Positions 53,801-64,000 of a stretch of DNA of 64,000 bases are shown piece by piece. The stretch's first letter is position 1; every line of letters begins with the position of its first letter. The notes under the pieces are model-generated. The model did not search any database, was not told the DNA's origin, and saw only the letters and a program-made list of their open reading frames with translations. Source of the DNA: Pecten maximus (lineage: Eukaryota); contig NC_047028.1 in assembly GCF_902652985.1 (NCBI RefSeq), positions 24,924,001 to 24,988,000 on the forward strand. Reading direction: 5' to 3'. A program made the position numbers and the translations under genes.

Positions 53801-56800
53801 TAGAATCGAAAATATATAAAAAAACAAATATGAGCAAATGTGAAAATATGTTTCATTTATATACTGTTCTTCTATAAAGTCCTACATTTGTAGCTAGATT
53901 ATTACTGTCAACGTACATATATTAACGGTAATCTTACTTTACCGATTTTCGCGTTGTAAACCTATCGATAAATAATGGTGGTTCTGTACATTGTTTTCTA
54001 TGGCTGCGCTTCTTCATCATTGTTCGAATGTGTTTTAATTCTGTTATCCGCTAAATTATGTGTACGCTAAAATGTGAACTTTTACAGTAAACAAAGATTT
54101 AAAACATGCCTGTCTCCATTCTCTCCTTGTTTAATTATGACGTCATCCCGCACCTTCTTCTCGAACACACAATGACGTATGACGTCCTTGACGATATCTG
54201 GAATGAAACATTGTAATAAAATAAACTGCCAACATGATTTCTTTAATTGGGAGATTGAAAAAAAAATCATTCCAAACTGACATGATCTACCCACGCGTCG
54301 ATTAGTTTTCTGTATATAGTTCACAAACTGATTTCGCAAACATTCGTGTCAAATTTCTTTGTCAAGCCATTTCTATACTTATGAAGTATATATAGAATTG
54401 TTATATTTAAGGAGAAACCATTAAAGTTTCTATTTCATTAAAAAAATACTTTTTTCGTTTTCTTTTTGCTGACGTGATTGAATAAAAGAATTAATCTATC
54501 TTCGCTTTATTTGCATCTGAATAGAAAATTCTGCAGGTATTGATGAGTAGATACATCATATTCTTATCGGTCTGTAAGCATCATTACCTCATATACAAAA
54601 AGTATTAAGTTTCAATATTGATGATTTTGATATTGCACTGCTAAAAACCAGTTATTTTTACTTTCATAGATCATACACTAGTATTATTTCAACCGTACAA
54701 CTAGAAAATAACCAGAGAATCGCAGTGAACATTAAGTTGATATCAGATACCAGCTGAACGTGGATATATACACATTCAACTAGATGTTAAAATGAGTAAT
54801 ACATCTGATATTGTATAAAATGTTTCTGATGAATGTTAAAGGTTGTGTAGTTCTTTTCATATGCTCCCAGAATGAGGTGTGGTTGTCAATTTGTGATAAA
54901 CATGTCAACAACACCATATGTATTCAATAGCGATCGAATTCAAACATTTTGATAATGTAAATGTATTTTGCATTTATAGTAGAAATCAACATGTAGTGAA
55001 TGGGCTGTTGGTTTGATTAAGTCTTTGAATGGAAGGCTCTGCAAGGTATGTCGCCGCAACCTCAGAAATAACGGATTAACAAGACACATGATTATTAAAG
55101 AACGATTTTACATTTGCTAGCAAAATACGTACAGTGTAGAAGTTCTATTCCTCAACGTATTATGTAATTCTGACATTTTAATTGATTTTCTAATACCAAC
55201 ACTTCATTTTAGCAATAGGTGCATGTGTATATGATATTAATTTGAAAAGTGGGCTCAATGGATCATTCTAACGAACTTTAATCCAATATCAATTTCAGTT
55301 TTGATATGCGTTAACTCGGCAATATTATATGAGTCTTCCATGAGATATATTCATCAGCCGTATGTCAGCGAAGGAAATAAAGATGCAGTGTTTAAATAAT
55401 GACGTCAATCTCTTTTCTTATATGGTTACAACACGGAAGCTTCAAGTGGCCTATTATTATGTCTATAATATATAAACATCATTTTACGTCATTTTCGTTC
55501 AATGAACAGCTCAGAAATAGCTATGATTTACACATGTGTTTGATACCCTTCTTTATTTTGACAAAATATGATAAGTCCCTCACCATGGAAAGTCTTCGTT
55601 AAGTAACCAAGGTACCAAACGCATATTAAGTGATCGCTACACTGCTAACAGATGGTGACATGCAAGATTTCAAGGGTTTAAAGATTTAGAAAAGATATGA
55701 AAGGGAATACCAACTTTTAATATGAATTAGATAACAGATACAGTAAATGTAGATTACTGGACATCACATAGGTGTGTCATTATTCGAAGACTCATCCTTA
55801 ACGTAGAGGCTAACGCTGAGAGAAGCTAGATAAATCGAAATCACTTTAAAAGAAATTAAAACATAGACAGATGTTTTAACCCCATAATTCGATCAATTTG
55901 GATAAAATTTAGGATTAGTTTCATAGTTAGATGTATAAGTGTCTGCTGGATCTCAACATGTTAGTGGGTTTGAGAATCATATGTCTCAACATAAATGCTA
56001 TTCCATGAACATCTCAACGTCATCTAAGTGATGGCTTCTTACAATCGTCATTATTTTTTCGAAGTGATGCGCTGGAAAATATTTAAAGAAAAATACATCA
56101 GAGAAGTATAAGCAAAACAATCAATTGATGAGACGGATGGAAAGATTGATGCCAATTATAGTGTAAGGGTGAAATGATAATTTGATAATCGTGGCCTTGG
56201 CCGTTTTATCGATGTATGAGCAGATAGACGTCTAAACGTGTGACGGAGGGACAGGACGAAATAAACTGTCTTGATCCCATTTTCATCCAATTCCTTTTAG
56301 TTAAGGGCGTATCTCATTGGCGGAGACGTCGCCGCGATTGCCGCGACTGTACGGCGACACGGGAGAAAACAAATGTCGTGCACTCTCACCAAGACGACAT
56401 CAAGGCGACTTCCGAGAAGTTGACGATCAATTTGCACGAAAAGTCGCCGGGATGTCGCGGAAACGTCGCTGAGACGTCTCCTTAGTCGCGGCAGTATCGG
56501 CGATGTGAGCTTGGGTTGTGTCACGTGGTCTCTGAAATACGTCAAGCAGCGTCGCGGACACGTTGCGGTGACGTCGCGAAGACGTCGCGGCAACGTCGCC
56601 GCAACGTCTCCTCAGTCTTATTAGTCTTTATTAGGTCTTGGAGACGTCACGGAGACGTCTCCGCGACGTCGCGAAAACGTCTCTCTAGTCGCGGACAAAC
56701 TAATCTCCATCAGTTGCGCGACGTTGCAGGGACGTCTCGGAGACGTCGTCGAGACTTGCTGGAGACCTACTGGAGACTAAAAAAAGTCTCCTAAAAAATC

Positions 56801-58313
56801 GAACATGTTCGATTCTCCCGCGACTCCACGGAGACTCGGTTAGTCTCCAGGAGACGTCGCAGCGACGGCGCCGCGACTAGCGGAGACTCGAGTCGCCAGT
56901 AGGTCGCCAGTTAGTCTCCAAGCCAGTGAGATACGCACTTAAGGAAAGTCCTTAACTGAACATTTTTCATAGGAAATATACAGAACTTAAGAGAATAATA
57001 TTAATTAAGTTCAAATTTTATGTTAAGGAATATTGGTGAAGCTGTCCCCTGCTTACATTAACTGGATGCCATGAATACATATATACCTTAGGTAACAGAG
57101 TATGGTATCGATACTCCGTCTTAGTGACTTTACCTAATCAAAATCTAACACGTGACCTACCCAGTAGCATTACTGTGTCAAAGACTTATATATACGCAAA
57201 AGGCTCATGTAAAGGAAGGTCAGTATGTACTAATAGAATGTTTATTTGCAAGTCTTATTTAACTCTCGTTTCGATTTGACACAGATAGATATACATCTAA
57301 CCCGTGTCAAAACCCTGGAACATCTATGGACAATTTCTGACTTTAAACTGTCGAACTGACAAACCATTGATCTCAAAGTCAATCGAGCATTAAGACCTGT
57401 ATTATATATAAATACAATACACTATTTGGTAATCAACTATTGATGGGATCGACACAATAAGATGAAAAAATGACTGATACTTTATATATATGCACTGAGA
57501 TTCTACAAAAGAACTGTAGATTTCATCTTGATTATTGATAATCATAACGTTTGTTCATTATAAAGACACACGCTGTATCTAATTGTTAGTAACAGTTCCG
57601 AGACGAAATGAATTAAAACATGCTATTGATAATCATGACTTGCTAGTGTTTCCAATATCTCATACACATGGACATGCGAATTCCCTTCCCATGGTTCATA
57701 TACATGCATAGCGATACATGAATGGTAACGGACAAACACTGACGTCAAAGAATTTTGACAAATATGAGTTCATGAGGTCAATGAATAATGCTTGCCATAA
57801 TGATTAAAAACTCTTGCCTTTAGCAGCATAATGAGATGTGGTCGTCAGTATACATGGTATTATCATATCACTTCTTTTGGGCAACGTTTACATGCAGAAG
57901 ACGCTCATTCTTCTTAAACACCTGGCCATTACCTTTTTAGCCGTAACCTTACTTTAACGATTTAGATTACAATCAAGAAATATGTTTAACGTAGATTCGT
58001 TAAAGAACATGTCTAACATGTAAAATTGGAATTCATAAGCAATTATCGCAAAAAAATCTACAAAATACCATATGCTAAAAATATAAAAGCATTAAAATAT
58101 TCATGAAACCGACCCTTTGATATTATCATTTTCTATGTTTTCTATGGGGAAAAATTAAATATAATTTAATGATAGATACTTACCCGGCTTGAGAGACAGG
58201 AATAGTGGGGATTTGTTCCGGAACCATCCTATAAGTTCCTGACAATCAAAATCTGTTCTTTGATCAGGATTTTTCTCAATCACCGAAACTACCTTCTCAT
58301 ACAATGATGGCAT
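47887..58313 (-). CDS. Cyclic nucleotide-binding domain protein (CNBD2-like, two CNB domains), ~507 aa (exons 58313-58184, 54197-54110, 53379-53234, 52925-52616, 51758-51660, 49960-49860, 49373-48781, 47943-47887)
   Basis: CNB domain 1: VIIKQGENGDRLYIILKG ... GEIALIKEDCIRTASV ... LLVIDRALY. CNB domain 2: LTKQGQEIDNVYFIRSGE ... GANEMVGALE ... EILVLSK. Phases are consistent (1524 nt) if intron 2 uses a GC donor. The last exon and the start codon are less certain. Confidence 0.85.
50588..51055 (+). repeat. 53-bp tandem repeat, ~8-9 copies, in intron 5 of the CNBD gene
   Basis: Unit CAGCTATTTCCAAAAGTGAGATTCTGTACAGCAGGTCTGACTAGTTATATGTA. Confidence 0.93.
56305..56938. mobile_element. GC/CpG-rich non-autonomous DNA transposon with TTAA TSD
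   Basis: TIRs GGGCGTATCTCATTGGC and GCCAGTGAGATACGCAC; TTAA at 56301-56304 and 56939-56942; interior rich in GAGACGTC and GTCGCG motifs. Confidence 0.85.
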
Positions 58314-61300
58314 ATTGCCTTGTGATGTATTCCAAACAATACCGAATAATTGCACCTGTCGACCCAATCTTAATTGGAAAGATGATAATTGATGTGACGT
58401 ATACTGAGCTTATTCAATATGTTGTCGACTATTGTTTTCGTTTCCATTGTCATCCAAGTTACATTCGTTATATACAGATATCACGCAGTCAGATTATAAT
58501 TGTAACATTATTTTCTGATAACACAGACACTATAGTTTAGGTAGGTAGTTAACGTTGATATGGACCCGGCCTAGGGTAAGGTAGATTACCGAGTCCGTTA
58601 TTGTCACAGCCTCCTCACGCTACAGTGGGCCACTATGGGAATGTCTCTAAGTGTCCCCTTGTCTTGTGAGAGTTGAACATGACATGTCACAATAAATCAC
58701 CAACGACGACGTCTCGACCGATGAACTACAACATCAAATGAAATACTAGTAAATTTATATTGATCTATTGTCATTACACTAACATATATGCAGCTATTTA
58801 AAATTATTTCATCTCCATACATTACACAGTATTGGTGACGAATTGTTGCGTAAAAATAACGTTTAAAATATACTGTATGTATTTCCCTGTTACTGCTTTC
58901 ATTAATGAGATTATTTATAAACAAATCATTCACATATGTTAACACTGGGCATATGCTGATATAAGTATGCGGAAATATCATTTGAAAGAGGTGGAAAAAT
59001 ATTTATGAATAACCAAAAAATATCAGTTATATACAAAAATTCGATCCCGATAATAGTTAGTACAAACCTGCCTTTAAACCAGCGAAAACATCTTTTACTT
59101 ACGTTTCAATATAGAGCTTAGCAATGGTTGCGTCAGTTGAAGTCACTTGCTCGAACGTTCTCTATCGTTAATAAATAGCATCAGAACTCTATGGATACAA
59201 ATACACATCACTTAGCGGAATAAATCTTTATAAAACCTATATAAATCAATAACCAATCACATCCGTCCATCCGAAACTGTTATATACACCGCAACTCACA
59301 GAGCCTTTTATAATCATCTATAACATACACTGTTATACCACAGGAGGCAGTGTTGTCCTCTGAATACTAACACTTAATCCCCACGCACGTCCGTCAATAC
59401 ACAAAATACCACCAACACTGTATCAGTGGCTAGCTAAATCTGAAAGGCTCACCACATACAAATGTACTCTGAATAATTAATAGAATTCTGATACATTCGT
59501 AACTGTACCTTTGGTGCCGGATGGCAACCAACTTGGGGACTAGGTGCTTTACATGGCCCATGAACCTTATTGTGATATATATATATATATGTATTCAAAA
59601 TGTCTCCAGCGTGTTGAAACCTTTTTTTGCATTTTGTTAAATTGTTAGTGTGTTATATCCGAAAACGGTTCTTAAGGTACTGTATTATGAAACATAAAAG
59701 ATTCAAAAACTCTGGGTGGTTAAGATGACGACGGTTACTACACTGACAGATGCTGAGGTATATTTATCCTCTGTATCTATATCCAAATTTCTATTGAACA
59801 TTGATTATGTTACAGTCATGTTGCTGTCGTCATTGAAGGTTCTATAAGAGGCAACCCCTGCAGAGTTTTTGTTTCTCTTTGAACACTAAATTAGAAATAC
59901 TCTACCCGCCTGAAAGCCTCGGAATCAAGCTATTGATCTAAAAAGAATAGTCAGCTTGACGTAAACAAACAAGAGGATGTAACAATACCGAGGTTTCTTG
60001 ACTTTCGACTTATCCGTGGCAGATAAAGCTTGTCGCTCTTTCCAGCCTCAGTATTCGCATTATTCTATTTCCTTTCTTCTATGTGTCAATTATATATAAA
60101 CAATCTGATAGACACTTGATGTATATTATATAATATGTATACTTTGAAGTTTACATCATAAATCATATTGCTATATTTCCTTTGAGAAGTGCCGACAGCT
60201 TATGACTTTTCCATGACATGCATTGTAGCACCACACGCAGAAGAATTCGTCATAAATCGACCTCAATAACTCTATACAATAATAATTATTGGATACTTAT
60301 ATAATTACCAACACTATAGATATTCGATATAGGAGTATTTGACCATTACTATGCCTAATATAAGCAGTAAATACAATGTAATATAATGATAATGGCCGTA
60401 ATGTTTGACCAATCCAGATCATTATCTACCTGTAAATTACCTGTAAGCGTTTGGAAAGGAAAAGCAACATGTAAATGGGCACATCGACATACGTAACTTG
60501 ACAACGCTTGCGTCAATAAATTGTACTTACCTTCGTGGCCTTAGCAATGAATCAATATCATGATATCTCTAGCCTTTTAAAGGAATTAATCCGAAATCTA
60601 ACTAATGAATATGCTTGTAGTTAAATAAAAATTCAAAGTTAACTGTTTACCATACCGATCAAACGTTCGTGGTGTCAAATGTTGTGAAAGTAAATCTTCT
60701 GTTGACTATCACAATATATATGCAAGTAACGCCATCCCATACAAGTCGATTTGATCCGATTGCACTTTGAATAACGGAAGATATATGGAAAACTTTGACG
60801 AAATAAACTGTTATAACGATCACTAACAGCTCTCATAGGTACACCACGATACACACAAAGCCATTGATGATAGATTTCCCAAAGGTAGTTTAATCGAGCC
60901 GACTTTAATGATATATATTTTCCCTCTGATTTTCTCATAAACGTTGATAATGAAATCAACGAGGCTTTAAATTTGTTCGGTTGACCGGTTCTTGTGATAT
61001 GGCATAAAGAACTTATGCCGAGTTCAATCGAAAGTTCGAATGTACGGTAAATAGGTAAATAAAACAGACATCCATTCTTTAAATAGGTGTCCTATTACAG
61101 TAGCCACAAATCCAAATAACTTAATTCTGTATAGATATCCCTGCTCGTATTCATCACATGTACAATAGTAATTGTCAGTGGGAGTCAGCTATACCATAAA
61201 TAAGAAAAGATAAATTATTTCTTATCTAAAATATATCATTTGTCACGCATGAGTGCATTTCTTCATTTTGAGATGTTATTAACTATTTTATTACGCTATC

Positions 61301-63527
61301 TTATATTTTTGCAGAATATTTTCTATATGTTTTATTTTTATGATTTTTAATATTTACCACTATGAAACGAAACATTAACGACTTTTTAATATGATTTATT
61401 TCAAATACATCCAAACTGGCACAAACTTGCACAATAATCGCAGCAGGGAGCAATTAGGGCTTGTTTCGAGTCAAATCAAGCACAATAAAACACACTAACC
61501 CCTTTGTTTTAAGTATATATATATTTGTTTCTTTAACATTTCACTGTTGAACCTTAAATGTCAACCTTAACAAGCAAGGTACGATCCAATGTCTCTATAG
61601 TCACGAATAATCTGTTTACATAATCCAAGGTTAACCGGGATGTATTGTTTATTAACATTACCACCATTGTCTTGCGTCTTTGTAGACGGAAGCTAGTAGC
61701 TTTATCACTTTACCACACACTAGGGTTGAGGACACGTTTTTGTTCTTTTTTAATCCATCAAGATTTATTGATACCCATGCAGTTTTGTCTGTTGTCAACC
61801 AAAGTTGAACAGTTTTAATGGTTTTATGTTCCCACAACATCTAAGGCTATATTCGTGGGTGACTGCATGTTAGGTAACGACTTAGGGTCAGTTTAGAGTG
61901 TTATCATACTGACATATCATAACCTGGATAAATTAACATTATATTCAATAAGGTCATTTTCTAACGAAAACAGTCAACCTTCTAGTGACTATCAACTAAC
62001 AAAACTAAATGTCAAGAAGAGAAAAGTATTTTTGGGTCAAAGGTCAGAACAAATAACATTCCTTGTTTGAATGGACGTTAAACATCACGGTAAAGTTGAA
62101 ATATTTCCAATTTACAGGTAGATTGGAACAAATCAGATAATTAGTCCGTAAACTGTTGCGATAAATGGAGTTGATAGACGTTTTAGACCTTTTGGAGAAA
62201 ACAAATTCAAATGCTTGATTCTTGTGCAAATTTGTTTTCAAATTAGTCGACTCTGACATGTGTACTGGTAATACCGGATGTAAGAAGCGGACGGATATAT
62301 CGATCTGCTTCCATTTCTAGGTACAAAATTATTCTCTCTGTAGTTTCTGGACTTTAGAATACAATTGCTTTCAATTCTTTTAATGAACACCACAAGTTTA
62401 GTCTTCTACAGTGTAGTTCTGCAAGTATAATGAGTTCGGCATATGGAAATAGATATTGATTGGAATTAACGAAAAATAAACAAATAAATAGACCAAACAT
62501 TCCGGTTGATATAGTTATAATTGTTATACTATAATCTTATTCCATTTTTTAAAATGCTTCTTCCTATACTATTAAAAAAAAAACAAAAGTTAACAAGGGA
62601 CATTTCTGCATATCTTGCTGTGGATATTATTTATCACACAAAGCTTATCGATTGCAGAAGTTTGCTGCCACTAACATCTTTTATCGCTGTAAGATTTACA
62701 TACCTTTGAAGATGTTGTTGATAGATACTCCTATGGCAAAGAAAGCGCTTACCTTTTTGTAGTATGTATTATTGTATTGTCAGCACTGTGACCGGCCTAT
62801 AGATACATTGCCAAGTTCCAATATTAGTTCCTCGTTATATGGCATACACAGGTGTGCATGGTACAGCATTATTGCATTCAACAGACGCAAACAACGCTAT
62901 GACAGATTTTTTTTTCTTAAATATTATTTTCTCATTTTACTATTAATGATATACACACACGTACTGAAACAGACACTCCCTATAAGTTGTATACCTTACC
63001 AATGACGTGAAGGTGTTAAAAATCAAAGTGTTATTTTGTAATTCCAAGTTCTCTTTTATCCTGTTACATAAACTGTAATGTAATGGGTTTGTATCGTTAC
63101 GCCTTCAACATTTACAAAGGCAGATTGTGTAATACTTGTTGATGTATTTAAGGTTCAATTTTGATGCATTTCTCACGGGACTTCACCTTGAGATGTATAA
63201 TAGCACACCTTTGTTTGTATAACAATATATCTTCTGTATGATGAGTGGTACCGGGAGCCATTTTAATTAGTACTAGGTAAAACATTTAATCAACGGCATT
63301 GATTGCATTTTTGTGTTTTTCAGATGTATCAAAGTGATGGATCAAAATTAGATTTCATATATTAAATTGTTTAGGACTTTAGTTCTTTTGAAATACAAAA
63401 TTGTAAATTATTCAAATCTGGTATTGTAAATTATGAGACTTATTGAATTATTTGATTGATTGTTTAACCTCCTGATTTCTGACAACTGTTTTGGCCTATG
63501 TCGTGGTTTTTTGGTCGACTCCATTCA

Positions 63528-64000
63528 CATCACTGGCGAGTTCTGAACGACGAAACAGTCATATGATATCCCTATCATCACAGACGAGGCCTGGAACAAC
63601 GAAACAACTGTATACTGTCCTAAACATCACTGACGAGTCCTGAAAAGACGAAATAGCTATATGATGTCCCTATCATCACAGACCGAAACAGCTGTATGAC
63701 GTCCCTAGCATCACTGACAAGTCCTGAAAAGACGAAATAGCTATATGATGTCCCTAGCATCACAAACCAATCCTGAAAAGACGAAATAACTATATGATGT
63801 CACTAGAATCAAAGAACGAAACAGCTGTATGACGTCCCTAGCATCACTAACAAGTCCTGAAAAGACGAAATAGCTATATGATGTCCCTAGCATCACAAAC
63901 CAATCCTGAAAAGACGAAATAGCTATATGATGTCCCTACCATCACAGAACGAAACAGCTGTATGACGTCCCTAGCATCACTGACATGTCCTGAAAAGACG
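63528..64000 (+). ncRNA. Tandem array of minimal hammerhead-ribozyme motifs (49-bp monomer, 35-bp deleted monomer, 133-bp higher-order repeat); runs off the window
   Basis: Intact unit at 63625-63666: CATCA-CTGACGA-GTC(ctgaaaa)GAC-GAAA-TAGCTA-TA-TGATG. This reads as helix I, core CUGANGA, helix II, GAAA, palindromic helix III, NUH site (AUA, cleavage after 63661), helix I'. About 11 units are visible; the others have core substitutions or a helix II deletion. Confidence 0.8.

Noticed and set aside
56240-56794. Arg-rich ORFs on both strands
   Set aside because: They lie within a GC-rich non-autonomous transposon; no transposase motifs.
62044-63260. Exon-like minus-strand segments with donor motifs near 62750 and 62998
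   Set aside because: The frames I read contain stops and I could not assemble a consistent spliced ORF or recognise a product.

Overview
AT-rich eukaryotic (metazoan) genomic DNA; the SINE types and gene content suggest a bivalve mollusc (inference). All confidently modelled genes are spliced and on the minus strand. They are: three tandem SLC16/monocarboxylate-transporter paralogs (copy A truncated by the left window edge, copies B and C complete, ~574 and ~580 aa), a 7-exon CFAP300 (C11orf70) ortholog (~262 aa), and an 8-coding-exon protein with two cyclic-nucleotide-binding domains (CNBD2-like, ~507 aa) that uses a GC-AG intron. Introns and intergenic DNA hold tRNA-derived SINEs, several MITEs (TTAA-, TA- and 9-bp-TSD types) and minisatellites of 20, 31, 36, 52 and 53 bp. 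The most notable feature is at the right edge (63528-64000, running off the window): a tandem array whose 49-bp monomer has the layout of a minimal hammerhead ribozyme with a palindromic helix III, arranged as a 133-bp higher-order repeat. Only one visible unit has an intact catalytic core. Exon coordinates were derived by hand from splice signals and reading-frame continuity; no database searches were run.
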